Assembly: GCA_016283195.1 (NCBI GenBank)
Contig: JAEEML010000144.1
Location: forward strand, 1 to 59,640
Direction: 5' to 3'
DNA from: Deltaproteobacteria bacterium
Lineage (GTDB): Bacteria; JAEEML01
Length of the DNA stretch: 59,640 bases
Part shown: positions 49,751-59,485 of the stretch, one piece after another
Position numbering within the stretch: the stretch's first letter is position 1
Layout of the letters: each line of letters begins with the position of its first letter
Translations under genes and position numbers: made by a program
Notes under the pieces: generated by a model
Told to the model about the DNA's origin: nothing
The model's input: the letters and a program-made list of their open reading frames with translations, nothing else
Databases searched by the model: none

Positions 49751-50665
49751 ATGGACAAAAGGCAATTTGGCAGCAAATATCAACTCATAAAGCACTATAT
49801 GACTTTGGCGTTCAAAATTGAGTACGGCGATTTGGGGGGGCAATTTCGCTCGCACTTAAAGGGCAGCGGCCTGGAGTTAAAAGAGGTGCGCCCGCTGGAG
49901 AGCGGCGAAGATGCCAGACGCATCGACTGGAAAACCACAGCCCGCACCGGCCGCCCCCATGTGCGCCTTTTCCACGCCGAAAGAGCTTTAAGACTTATGC
50001 TGCTTATTGATAACAACGGTTCATTAGCTCTTAATTACGGGCGCGAGCGCTCCTTAAAAGCCGAATTAGCTCTGATGGCGGCCTTTGTCCTGGGCTGGGC
50101 TGCTCTCAAAAACGGCGATAATGTCGGCTGGTTTTTTAATGCTGCCAAACCTTTCTTTGGCCCTTTTAGCCACAGCGAAGCCGCCTTTTGGCAAGGGATA
50201 GGCCGCGCCGAAGAAATACTTTTGCGCCCGGAGGCCGACCTAAATTATCTGCCTTTGCCGGATTTTTTATCAGCCGCTGCAAAGGCCGCCAACCGCGAGA
50301 CCACTATGGTTATCATTTCTGATTTTTTGGCCATAAGTGACAATAACTATGATAAATGGCTTAAAACCCTCAAAACTATCGCTCTAAAAAAAGAGCTTTT
50401 GGCCCTTTCCGTCACCGACCCTTTAGAAAAAAGCCTGCCGGACCGCGGCCTTCTCTGGTTAAAAAATCCCTCTACCGGCCATGAAGTGCTTTTCGACAGC
50501 TCCTCCGGCGAATTGCAAAAAGAATATGCCGCCAGAGCCAGGCGGCGCGAAGTCCATCTGGAGCGGCTCTTCAAGGAGGCCGGAGTACCTTATCAAAATC
50601 TTTCTGCCGCCCAGGACCCGGCGGCTGTTATCATGAATCTCCTGAGATTGAAAGCCGGGCATTAA
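49751..50665 (+). CDS. DUF58 domain protein
   Basis: GSGLE...VRP...GEDARRIDWKTTAR; IISDF. Confidence 0.87.
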   Translation: MDKRQFGSKYQLIKHYMTLAFKIEYGDLGGQFRSHLKGSGLELKEVRPLESGEDARRIDWKTTARTGRPHVRLFHAERALRLMLLIDNNGSLALNYGRERSLKAELALMAAFVLGWAALKNGDNVGWFFNAAKPFFGPFSHSEAAFWQGIGRAEEILLRPEADLNYLPLPDFLSAAAKAANRETTMVIISDFLAISDNNYDKWLKTLKTIALKKELLALSVTDPLEKSLPDRGLLWLKNPSTGHEVLFDSSSGELQKEYAARARRREVHLERLFKEAGVPYQNLSAAQDPAAVIMNLLRLKAGH

Positions 50666-51495
50666 TGAAATTTAAAAGAGGTTTTTTAGCTAATATCTTG
50701 GTGCTTTTTATTTTTTCCTGCACAGGCGGAGAAAAAGGAAAAAGAGAGCTGGCGCCTCCAACTTTTTGCAATAATTTTATCACCTTGGGGCCATCAATCA
50801 CCGAGCTGGTCATCGCTCTTAAAGCCGAAAATCGTCTTTTGGCCGTTTCCCGCTATGACGACCGACCGGAGGTAGCCGAAAAACCGCGTGTAGGCGGCAT
50901 TTTAGACCCGGAGATAGAACGCATTGCCGCCCTTAATCCTGCTTGCCTCTTTTATATTCCCTCCGGCGCGGCTCTGGAAATGCGCCTGAATCCACTAAGA
51001 AACAGCAATAAAACCAAAGTGCTCCCTATTGATATTCCCAATATTAAGGCTATTCCCAAAGCTCTGAATGAGCTGGGGCAGCTCTTGCATCTTGAAGATA
51101 AGGCCACAGAATTACAACATAATTTTGAGCTCAAAGAAAAAGAGGTTGATAATCTGGCATTACAAAAAGGGGCCAAACTCCGCGCCGTTACCGTCTATGG
51201 CCTGGCGCCTTTGGTAGTGGCCGGGCGGGGCAGCATGGGCCATGAGCTCATGACTCTTGTCGGCTTTGAAAATCCGGTAAAAAAAGAAAATTATCCGGTA
51301 ATTGATGAAGAATATTTTCTCTCTTTGGCGCCGGATATTGTGTTTGATATGAGTCACCAGGAGGGCGGCGCACGCTTAAAACGCCTCATTGGCCCCAAAA
51401 CGCGTCTTATAATTCTAAATGATGAGGAACTGCGTCACCCTGCGCTGAATAGCCTCGCTGTTTGGCAAAAACGCCTAAAAGAACTGGGCTTTTGA
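50665..51495 (+). CDS. BtuF-like periplasmic binding lipoprotein
   Basis: IFSC lipobox; PSITELV.AL, VGG...PEIERIAALNP. Confidence 0.8.
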   Translation: MKFKRGFLANILVLFIFSCTGGEKGKRELAPPTFCNNFITLGPSITELVIALKAENRLLAVSRYDDRPEVAEKPRVGGILDPEIERIAALNPACLFYIPSGAALEMRLNPLRNSNKTKVLPIDIPNIKAIPKALNELGQLLHLEDKATELQHNFELKEKEVDNLALQKGAKLRAVTVYGLAPLVVAGRGSMGHELMTLVGFENPVKKENYPVIDEEYFLSLAPDIVFDMSHQEGGARLKRLIGPKTRLIILNDEELRHPALNSLAVWQKRLKELGF

Positions 51496-51502
51496 GGAAA
51501 AA

Positions 51503-51880
51503 TTATTTTGCTTTAAATTCCAGATGTTGCCCCACAGAGAGCCCCAGCTCGGCCACCCGGCCGGCCCAAAGCTCCAGAGTGGCCACCGCCTTAAATGTGC
51601 CGGCATAGGGGTAAAAGGGGCGAAAATTTTGCACAATTTTCAAAATATTGCCAGCTTCGTCCAAAAAAACGGCATCTATGGCATAGAACATAAAAAAATT
51701 ATGAATCGCATTACAGGGATAGAGTAAAAGGCCGCTTTTGGCCACTTCCGGCGGGCGGCCGATGAGCCCGCGCGCCCTTGTTAGCCAGCTTGAGGCGTTA
51801 AAACAGGTGGGCAAAAGCACTTCGCCGGCCCGACTGATAGCGATTAAAGCGCCCATTTGGCTCACATCTTTAAGACTCAT
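51503..51880 (-). CDS. DUF192 domain protein
   Basis: RARGLIGR, PCNAIHNFFMFYAIDAVFLD, LEL.AG. Confidence 0.85.
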   Translation of the reverse strand: MSLKDVSQMGALIAISRAGEVLLPTCFNASSWLTRARGLIGRPPEVAKSGLLLYPCNAIHNFFMFYAIDAVFLDEAGNILKIVQNFRPFYPYAGTFKAVATLELWAGRVAELGLSVGQHLEFKAK

Positions 51881-53069
51881 CGGTAATTCCTTGGGCCCAG
51901 TTTTTGGCCAAAACCGAAAGAGCTTCCCGCTCATTAAGATCTGGATTTTCCCAGACTTTTTCTAAAAGATAGCGGCGGAGCTCACCCAGCGCCGGGCCGG
52001 CTTTTAAAGCGCATAATTCCATTAAATCATTACTTTTTATAGCCAAATTTTTGTCATTATAGAGCGGCTCGCTTTGGTAGCGCTCTGCCAATGTCCGGAG
52101 GCTTTCCGGCCCGCGAAAAAGCGCTAAATAATCGGGTATTAAAGAGTAATTTTGGGCTATAAATTCCCGCTCGGTGGCTATACCCTGCGGCGGCGCGGCG
52201 CGTAAAATATGCCAAAGAGCTATTAAATGATTGCGCTCTTTAGCCGGCAAAACCAGGCGCTCCGCTAAAGATTTTGGCTCCTGCGGCAAATAGCTAAAAA
52301 GATGGCCAAGGCGCAGGGTGCGCTCCAAGGGAAGCCCGGCCAGACCATTTAGGCACTCCTCCCAAGCGGAAATAGCCGTAAGCTCCGGCCAAAGGAGCTC
52401 AATAAGCCCTATTTTTTTAAATAAATTTAGGGCCTTTGTCGCCTGTGGAGCCGTTAAAACAAGGCAAAATTCCTGGGCAGTGCGCTCTTTGCTGAGCCCG
52501 GCGGTTAAGGGCGCCAGTTTTTGCATGGCTTTATATGTTTCCGGCACAATTTCAAAACCCAGCTTAGCCATAAAACGGGCGGCGCGCAAAATCCGCAAAG
52601 CATCTTCCTTAAAGCGCTCTTCCGCCTGACCAACTGTGCGAATCAGCTGCGCTTTTAAATCCGGCTGCCCGCCGAACGGGTCGCAAAGCGGCCCGGATGG
52701 CAACTTATAAGCTATGGCATTTATTGTAAAATCACGCCGTGCCAGGTCGTCTTCAATCTTGCTGATAAAATTCACTGCCTCCGGGCGGCGCCCATCTTTA
52801 TAAGCGCCGTCGGCCCGCAAGGTGGTTATCTCATATTGGCCGCCGGGCATAATAATGGTCACTGTGCCGTGCTTGATGCCTGTTGGAATAACTTTTTCAA
52901 ATATTTCTACTACTTTTGCCGGCTTAGCCGTGGTTGCCAAATCGTAATCATGGGCCGGGATAGCCATGAGCCTATCGCGCAGAGCACCGCCCACCAGGTA
53001 ACACTCCTCACCGGCCAGAGCCAGCTTTTGGGCAATAGTACGTAAATCGGCCGGTAAAGTTAAATCCAT
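51870..53069 (-). CDS. cca: tRNA nucleotidyltransferase (CCA-adding family)
   Basis: VGGALRD, DYDLAT, DLARRDFTINA, EDALRILRAARF. Confidence 0.9.
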   Translation of the reverse strand: MDLTLPADLRTIAQKLALAGEECYLVGGALRDRLMAIPAHDYDLATTAKPAKVVEIFEKVIPTGIKHGTVTIIMPGGQYEITTLRADGAYKDGRRPEAVNFISKIEDDLARRDFTINAIAYKLPSGPLCDPFGGQPDLKAQLIRTVGQAEERFKEDALRILRAARFMAKLGFEIVPETYKAMQKLAPLTAGLSKERTAQEFCLVLTAPQATKALNLFKKIGLIELLWPELTAISAWEECLNGLAGLPLERTLRLGHLFSYLPQEPKSLAERLVLPAKERNHLIALWHILRAAPPQGIATEREFIAQNYSLIPDYLALFRGPESLRTLAERYQSEPLYNDKNLAIKSNDLMELCALKAGPALGELRRYLLEKVWENPDLNEREALSVLAKNWAQGITDES

Positions 53070-53078
53070 AAATACTCG

Positions 53079-54899
53079 CTATTCCGCTTTTACGGCATTT
53101 AATTTGTTTTCCAGCTCTTCCCAGCGGGCATAGAGGGCATCCACCACCTTTTGCGCTTCCTCCACCTTGGCGGCGGCGGCCGTGAGTTTAGCGGCACTAG
53201 TGCTGATAGCCGGGTCATTAAGCTCTTCATTACAGCGGCTGAGTTCGGCTTCAGCGGCTTCTATCTTGCCCTCAAGAGCCCGGTATTCGAGTTCTTCGCT
53301 ATAGGTTAGAGCTTTTTTATTAACCTTTTTGCTTTGGGCCGGAGCCGCCTGGGCCTTCTTGGGCGCCTCATTTTGCTCGCGCATCCAAGCCATATATTGG
53401 GCAAAATCGGCACAAATAATAGCACTACCCCGATTATTCAGGCCAATAATAAGGTCGCAAATATTTTCCAAAAGAGCCCGGTCGTGGGTAACAATCAGCG
53501 CCGCCCCGGGGAAAGAGGCCAGGCTTTCTTCCAAAATGTCGATAGTAGCAATATCGAGGTCATTAGTGGGCTCATCGAGGAGCATGAGGTCGGCTTCGCG
53601 CAGCATCAGGCGGGCAATAAGCACCCGCGCCTGTTCACCGCCGGAGAGGTTATCAAGGCGCATCTCCAGTTGCTCCGGCCTAAACAAAAAGCGCTCGGCC
53701 CAACCGGCCACATGGATGGGTTTTCCCTGATAAATAACGCTGTCTCCGCTTTCGGTTAAAGCCTTTTTTAGCGAAAGTTTTTTATCCAGCTGTTCACGTT
53801 TTTGGTCAAAATAGACTATTTTTAAATTATCGGCCTTAACTATTTCGCCGCCCGTGGCGCTGAGTTCTCCGGCCAAAACTTTAAGCAGCGAGGATTTACC
53901 GCTGCCGTTGGGGCCGACAAGGCCGATGATGAGACCATTTTGAATCACAAAACTTAAATCTTTAAAAAGATCCCGCTCGCCTCTATTAAGCGCTAAATCG
54001 CGGGCCACCACAAGGCGCTTGGTTTTGCGTCCGCTGGCTGTAAAAGTGAGCTCAAGTTTAGTATTTTGACCAAGATTTTTCAGCGCTTTTAGCTCTTCCA
54101 GCATAGCTTTGGCGTTATTTACTCTGGCCGCGGCTTTGGTGCTTCTGGCCGGGGCGCCGTGATGCAGCCATTCGTTTTCCCGGCGAGCTTTACTGGCCAG
54201 GCCGCTTTGGTACTGGGCCTGCGCTTTGAAAAAAGCCTCTTTTTGGGCCAGAAACTCCCGGTAGTTGCCTTTAGCGGTAAAGTAGCCGGCCGGATAGTGG
54301 TAATCTATTTCCCAAATAACGTTGGCCACATTTTGCAAAAAGGCCCGATCATGGGTGATAGTGATTACCGCCAGCGGCGCAGAGGCCACAAAAGACTCCA
54401 GCCAGAGAATACTCTCTAAATCAAGATGGTTGGTGGGCTCATCCAAAAGGAGAATATCGGGGCTAATAACCAGGGCCGCCGCCAAAGAGAGGCGGCGCTG
54501 CCAGCCGCCGGAGAGAGTTTCGGCTAAAACATCGCGCTTATTAAAGCCTAAAAGCGCCGCTGTTTTGGCAATAGCTGCCTCTTTTTGCGCTTCGTCGGTG
54601 GGTAATTTGGCAAAAGCTGCATCAAATGAAGCAGCTAAAATATCATAGACACTTTGGCCGGGGGCAAAATCTGGGCGCTGCGGCACATAAGCGAGGCGCG
54701 CGCCCTGTTTTAAGGCTATTTCGCCTTCGTCATGGCTCTCCAGGCCGGCCATAATTTTTAATAAAGTGCTTTTACCGCTGCCGTTGGGGCCGATGAGGCC
54801 AATTTTATCGCCACTATTTACATGAAGCGTGAGATCGTGAAAGAGATCGCGCGCGCCGTAAGCTTTGCCGATATTCATAATACTTAATAAAGTGGCCAT
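53079..54899 (-). CDS. uup: ABC-F ATPase, Uup-like
   Basis: Two ABC domains (GPNGSGKS, LSGG, LDEPTN), no TM, C-terminal coiled coil ending YARWEELE. Confidence 0.88.
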   Translation of the reverse strand: MATLLSIMNIGKAYGARDLFHDLTLHVNSGDKIGLIGPNGSGKSTLLKIMAGLESHDEGEIALKQGARLAYVPQRPDFAPGQSVYDILAASFDAAFAKLPTDEAQKEAAIAKTAALLGFNKRDVLAETLSGGWQRRLSLAAALVISPDILLLDEPTNHLDLESILWLESFVASAPLAVITITHDRAFLQNVANVIWEIDYHYPAGYFTAKGNYREFLAQKEAFFKAQAQYQSGLASKARRENEWLHHGAPARSTKAAARVNNAKAMLEELKALKNLGQNTKLELTFTASGRKTKRLVVARDLALNRGERDLFKDLSFVIQNGLIIGLVGPNGSGKSSLLKVLAGELSATGGEIVKADNLKIVYFDQKREQLDKKLSLKKALTESGDSVIYQGKPIHVAGWAERFLFRPEQLEMRLDNLSGGEQARVLIARLMLREADLMLLDEPTNDLDIATIDILEESLASFPGAALIVTHDRALLENICDLIIGLNNRGSAIICADFAQYMAWMREQNEAPKKAQAAPAQSKKVNKKALTYSEELEYRALEGKIEAAEAELSRCNEELNDPAISTSAAKLTAAAAKVEEAQKVVDALYARWEELENKLNAVKAE

Positions 54900-55037
54900 C
54901 TATTCTCCTCCCAAGCCGGGATTTTGCCGACTCTTTATGGCAGAAAAAGATGATTTTGGAAAGAGCCAGTCTACGGTAAAAGCTGCAGATTTTCAACCAA
55001 GGAATAGCGCCCGCCGCAGGCGGGCGGATCGCGCTGA

Positions 55038-55126
55038 TTTTTCAAAATTTTACAGGGTACCCTGTATATTAGGTATTGAAAATACCTAAACCATTTTTCC
55101 GTGCCTATTGGCACAAGGAGTGCAGT
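55038..55126 (+). repeat. FISUMP leader repeat, copy 1 (89 nt, three dyads plus SD)
   Basis: TACAGGGTACCCTGTA; TAGGTATT-GAA-AATACCTA; GTGCC-N4-GGCAC; AAGGAG; two differences from copies 2 and 3. Confidence 0.95.
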
Positions 55127-56068
55127 ATGAAAAAGTGTAAAGTCTTAGTTTCAGCAATGTTAACTCTCGCCCTCACGGCCTGCGGCGGTGCCGGTGAACA
55201 AGGGCCGGAAGGCAAGCAAGGCCCGCAAGGACTCAAAGGTGATGCCGGGAGCGACGGCCAACCGGGCAGCGATGGTGAAGGCTGTTATGTAGTGAAAAAA
55301 GATGCCGACCACGGCATTGTTATTTGCCCGGCCGATGGCTCATCATACGTTATCTACAGCCCGGAAAACTTGCCCAAAGCCAATGGTTTACCTAATGGCA
55401 ACGGCGGCTATCTTTACTGCAATGCCGGTTATTTTGGAGAAAGTTGCACCGCCTGCACCTGTGAGCGCGGCACTTGCAACGATGGCCTAAACGGAAGTGG
55501 TGAATGTTCTTGCTCCAGAGGTTACACCGGCAAAGATTGTTCCGTACTTGCCCTTGGTTACATGGCCGACACCAACGGCACCGCTTACAAAACAACCATA
55601 ATCGGCGAACAAATCTGGATGGCTGAAAATATGGCCAGCGATACAGCAACCGACGGCAGCTCAATCACTTGCTATGCCAATACCGACGCTGATCCGGATT
55701 TTGTGGAACATTATGGCTGCCTCTATAATTGGGAAGATGCCATGAAAGTTTGCCCTAAGGGCTGGCATTTACCAACACAGACCAATTTTGATGGCTTGCT
55801 AAATATTGCCGGCGATAACGCCCAAAACAAAACAGATAATCTGCGTTCCGCAACTTGGCTAAATGGCAATGACAGTCTTGGCTTTAATGCTCTTCCTGCC
55901 GGAGACAAGCTCAGTACCAATTACCTTCATTTTGGTACCGGTGCTCGCTTTTGGTCAGCCACAGGCAATACTACCCTCGCCTTCTACTTGGGGCTCGGTC
56001 CTAACAATGCTTATATGGACAGAACCGGCGTGGAAGCTGCTTTCTCCGTGCGCTGCATAAAAGACTAA
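55127..56068 (+). CDS. Collagen-EGF-FISUMP lipoprotein, array member 1
   Basis: LTAC lipobox; Gly-X-Y repeats; EGF; IGEQIWMAEN, CPKGWHLP, FWSAT, FSVRCIKD. Confidence 0.92.
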   Translation: MKKCKVLVSAMLTLALTACGGAGEQGPEGKQGPQGLKGDAGSDGQPGSDGEGCYVVKKDADHGIVICPADGSSYVIYSPENLPKANGLPNGNGGYLYCNAGYFGESCTACTCERGTCNDGLNGSGECSCSRGYTGKDCSVLALGYMADTNGTAYKTTIIGEQIWMAENMASDTATDGSSITCYANTDADPDFVEHYGCLYNWEDAMKVCPKGWHLPTQTNFDGLLNIAGDNAQNKTDNLRSATWLNGNDSLGFNALPAGDKLSTNYLHFGTGARFWSATGNTTLAFYLGLGPNNAYMDRTGVEAAFSVRCIKD

Positions 56069-56084
56069 ATGCGCGTCTCTCTCA

Positions 56085-57335
56085 TTAATCAAGCAGACTT
56101 TTATCCAGCAAAAAGTTAATAATTCCAATTTGTTCTATGCCGTTTTCATCCCGCCGGAGTTTTATATTGTCGCGCGTGATAATGAGCTTTTTAAAACTAT
56201 CACCAATAATATTCAAAGGTCTTTTTTCCTGCCGGCTCTTGGCCTCCGTCTCTAAATAGAGCGCTGACTGAATATAATATTTTTGGCTCCCTTTACTGGC
56301 GATGAAGTCAATCTCCAGCTGCTTTTTGATAGTTTTGCCATTAGCCCCTTTGTCAAAAGTCTCTATAACTCCAACATCCACCGAAAAGCCGCGCGCTAAA
56401 AGTTCATTATATATAATATTTTCCATGAGATGGCTTTCTTCCGTCTGGCGAAAGTTAAGCCGGGCATTACGCAAACCAACATCTGCCAAATAATATTTGG
56501 CCGTGGCAGCTATATATCTCTTGCCCTTAATATCATAGCGCGACGCCTTTGAAAGCATGAAGGCATCCTCAAAGTAGCCGATATAATTCTTGATGGTGTG
56601 ATCGCTAATAGTCTTTTGTTTAACACTCTTAAAAGTTTTTGAAAGTTTTAGGGGATTAGTAAGCGAACCAACAGCAGATGACAAAATATCCAATAATTCA
56701 TCAAGTTCTACACTGTTGCGCACTTTGTGACGCTCAAGAATATCGGCCACATATACCTCTTTAAAGAGATTTTTGAGATACGCCGCTTTTTCTTCAACCT
56801 CAGTCAGGCTAAGGACATAGGGCATACCTCCGTAATTCAGATAATCATCGAAAGCTTCATCCTTAGAACCGGAATATACCGAAGAATATTCTGCAAAACT
56901 AAGGGGATAAACCCTTATCTCATCGCCCCTTCCACGAAACTCGGTGATAATATCGGAGGAGAGGAACTTGGAATTACTGCCGCTTACATAAACATCAACA
57001 TTCGCCAGATGCAAAAAGCCGTTAAGCGCCTCTTCAAAATTTTGTATAAATTGAATTTCATCGAGGAGCAAAAAATAATCGGAGGAATCTTTAAGCAAAC
57101 TGCTTACATGATTATAAAGGCTCTCGGCTGAGCGCAATGGTTTATTCCGAATATCATCAAGAGCTATTCTGATTATGTGGTCGGCCGCTATGCCGCTTTC
57201 CAGCAAATAGTTATAAAAAATGGTGTTCAAAAGATAGGACTTACCGCAGCGCCGTATGCCGGTTATAATTTTGATCAGCCCATTTTTTTGTTTACGAATA
57301 AGCTTTTGAAGATATATGTCACGCTTAATCTGCAT
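56085..57335 (-). CDS. AAA_14/DUF4143-type ATP-binding protein
   Basis: GIRRCGKS Walker A, LLDEIQ Walker B, SGSNS, KYYLADVGLRN, EIDF.....YYIQ. Confidence 0.9.
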   Translation of the reverse strand: MQIKRDIYLQKLIRKQKNGLIKIITGIRRCGKSYLLNTIFYNYLLESGIAADHIIRIALDDIRNKPLRSAESLYNHVSSLLKDSSDYFLLLDEIQFIQNFEEALNGFLHLANVDVYVSGSNSKFLSSDIITEFRGRGDEIRVYPLSFAEYSSVYSGSKDEAFDDYLNYGGMPYVLSLTEVEEKAAYLKNLFKEVYVADILERHKVRNSVELDELLDILSSAVGSLTNPLKLSKTFKSVKQKTISDHTIKNYIGYFEDAFMLSKASRYDIKGKRYIAATAKYYLADVGLRNARLNFRQTEESHLMENIIYNELLARGFSVDVGVIETFDKGANGKTIKKQLEIDFIASKGSQKYYIQSALYLETEAKSRQEKRPLNIIGDSFKKLIITRDNIKLRRDENGIEQIGIINFLLDKSLLD

Positions 57336-57346
57336 TTACTCTTCCC

Positions 57347-57456
57347 ATTGCGAATATTGGTGGAAATCCACCTTTTTTCGCAATAACTATAGTATTTCGG
57401 AGCAGAGGACAATCATTTATTGCGAATTTTGGTAAAAAAACACCTTTTTTCGCGAT
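57347..57456. promoter_or_regulatory. Pair of 38-nt palindromic direct repeats upstream of the AAA ATPase (57347-57384, 57419-57456)
   Basis: ATTGCGAA...GGT...ACC...TTCGC(A/G)AT; 32/38 identical; 34-nt gap contains TATAGT. Confidence 0.7.
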
Positions 57457-57522
57457 TACCATTTTCAAAAGATCCGCGCGGTTTAGAGGAGAAATTGCCG
57501 CCGCAAGCGGCGATCGCGCCAG

Positions 57523-57611
57523 TTTTTCAAAATTTTACAGGGTACCCTGTATATTAGGTATTGAAAATACCTAAACCATTTTTCCGTGCCCATTGGCACA
57601 AGGAGCGCAGT
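57523..57611 (+). repeat. FISUMP leader repeat, copy 2
   Basis: Identical to copy 3 over 89 nt. Confidence 0.95.
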
Positions 57612-58592
57612 ATGAAAAAGTGTAAAGTCTTAGTCTCAGTAGTGTTAACTCTAGCCCTAGCTGCCTGCGGCAGCGCCGGTGAGCAGGGGCCAGCTGGCCC
57701 AGAGGGCAAGCAAGGCCCGCAAGGACTCAAAGGCGATGCCGGCAGCGACGGCCAGCCGGGCAGCGATGGCGAAGGCTGCTATGTGGTGAAAAAAGATGCC
57801 GATCACGGCATAGTTATCTGTCCGGCAGATGGCTCTTCGTATGTCATCTATAGCCCGGAAAACTTGCCTAAATCCAATGGTTTACCTAATGGCCAGGGCG
57901 GCTATCTTTACTGCAATGCCGGCTACTTTGGAGAAAATTGCGCTGCTTGCACCTGTGAGCACGGCACTTGCAACGACGGCCTAAATGGAAGTGGTGAATG
58001 CACCTGTGCAGCCGGATATATCGGCAAAAACTGCGACATAGAAAACCTTCTAAAGTACAACAGCAAAATATATAAAGTGGTGCAAATTGGCGAGCAAATC
58101 TGGATGGCCGAAAATATGGCTACTGATACAGCCACAGATGGCAGCGCTGTGACTTGCTATGCCAATACCAACGCCGACCCGGTTTTTGTGGAAAATTACG
58201 GCTGCTTATATACTTGGGCTGATGCTATGAAGATTTGTCCCACCGGTTGGCGTTTACCGGAAAAAAGCGACTTCGATGACTTATTAACCTATGTGGAAAA
58301 TAATCGCACTAGCAGTAGCAACTTCTTGGCCCTTATAGCTAAAAGCACTGCTTGGACTGGGCACCAAAACCAAGGTGGTGATGACTTTGCTTTTTCTGCG
58401 CTACCAGCCGGTCGCAGGGGCGTCGATGGCAATTACAGCCTTTTTGGCACACTCACCGGTTTCTGGTCGGCTACATATAATGCTATCGGCACCGCCAACA
58501 CCCTGAGCATCAGTAGCAATAATAGCCCTACCGCCATTACAGGCACGACCGACAAAAGTCTCGCCTATTCCGTCCGCTGCGTGAAACAATAA
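57612..58592 (+). CDS. Collagen-EGF-FISUMP lipoprotein, array member 2
   Basis: N-terminal half nearly identical to member 1; divergent FISUMP C-terminus ending YSVRCVKQ. Confidence 0.92.
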   Translation: MKKCKVLVSVVLTLALAACGSAGEQGPAGPEGKQGPQGLKGDAGSDGQPGSDGEGCYVVKKDADHGIVICPADGSSYVIYSPENLPKSNGLPNGQGGYLYCNAGYFGENCAACTCEHGTCNDGLNGSGECTCAAGYIGKNCDIENLLKYNSKIYKVVQIGEQIWMAENMATDTATDGSAVTCYANTNADPVFVENYGCLYTWADAMKICPTGWRLPEKSDFDDLLTYVENNRTSSSNFLALIAKSTAWTGHQNQGGDDFAFSALPAGRRGVDGNYSLFGTLTGFWSATYNAIGTANTLSISSNNSPTAITGTTDKSLAYSVRCVKQ

Positions 58593-58610
58593 CCGAATAG
58601 AGCCCAAAAA

Positions 58611-58988
58611 CTATGGGCGAAATACCTCTACTGGCAAATCAGGTATCAACTTATAATGCTTATTGTTAGCGGTACAAAGCCTTTGGCCATACTGCACACA
58701 AGTCGCAGCAATCAGGGCATCGCCCATCTCCAGTGAATTCACCAGGAAAAAGCTTTCGACATAACTCAGCGCTTTTGCAGAAATTATCTCGTTCAGTTGA
58801 ATTATTTCAACATCAAGTTTTTTAAGCATTTTCTTAAAAATAGCCAGTTCCTGCTTATTTTTCATACCCTGCACAAGTTCCATATAGGTAACGGCGGAAA
58901 TACTAAAAGGAGCCTCAGCAAGAACTTTGCTCCTAGCATTTTCATTACCACGCAAAAACCAGATAAGCACATCAGTATCAAATATCAA
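58611..58988 (-). CDS. vapC: VapC-family PIN toxin
   Basis: IFDTDVLI, TYMEL, DALIAAT, TANNKHY. Confidence 0.9.
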   Translation of the reverse strand: MIFDTDVLIWFLRGNENARSKVLAEAPFSISAVTYMELVQGMKNKQELAIFKKMLKKLDVEIIQLNEIISAKALSYVESFFLVNSLEMGDALIAATCVQYGQRLCTANNKHYKLIPDLPVEVFRP

Positions 58989-59235
58989 AATGGCGCCCCC
59001 GACGCAGTGTTCGCGCGTATTCTTCTACATTTTCCGCTTCATTATGACTTTTCCAAAGTCCAAATGCCTCTTCTGTGTCGTCATCTGTATATTTTTTTAC
59101 TTTACTTTCAACTGGTGCTGCCCGGCGAAATGAATCAAGAAATGTAATAATAACTTCTTTTCCATTAAAAGAAGGAGGCAAAAAATCATCAGCCACAATA
59201 TTGCCGCCATTTACATATCCTTTTACTGCCAACAT
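58978..59235 (-). CDS. Putative antitoxin of the VapC toxin
   Basis: Small ORF overlapping the vapC start; AFGLWK...YARTLRRGR C-terminus; GGAGG SD. Confidence 0.78.
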   Translation of the reverse strand: MLAVKGYVNGGNIVADDFLPPSFNGKEVIITFLDSFRRAAPVESKVKKYTDDDTEEAFGLWKSHNEAENVEEYARTLRRGRHFDI

Positions 59236-59407
59236 TTTCGCACCTCCCACTCTACTCACTATAGCACACCTAGCCATATTGCGCTAGCGGCTCGGGGGCA
59301 AGGTAAAGACTCCGGCAATTTTACATCAATTTCCGCAAATTCGGCAGCCACGATGCCCTCCTCTTTTCTCCTTCACCCCACAAATATTTAATAATTACAG
59401 CATGTTC

Positions 59408-59482
59408 CCCCTCTCCATTTGTAAAAAATGGAGAGGGGTGCCGCGAAGCGGCGGGGTGAGGGCCGCCGCAGGCGGCTCGCGC
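59408..59482 (+). repeat. REP-like palindromic element
   Basis: 13-bp stem CCCCTCTCCATTT/AAATGGAGAGGGG, GCCGC-GAA-GCGGC hairpin, GGGGTGAGGG, CGCCGCAGGCGG. Confidence 0.75.
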
Positions 59483-59485
59483 CTA

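Noticed and set aside
55052-55079. dif-like site in the FISUMP leader (TGTATA-TTAGGT)
   Set aside because: Only the central hexamer and part of one arm match; the left arm is unrelated
55076-55126. N-terminal extensions MKIPKPFFRA... of the FISUMP ORFs (also at 57561)
   Set aside because: AAGGAG SD and the signal peptide support the ATG at 55127/57612; the extension is the non-coding leader
56069-56084. attC sites between array genes (also 58593-58610)
   Set aside because: Gaps are 16-18 nt and lack RYYYAAC...GTTRRRY structure
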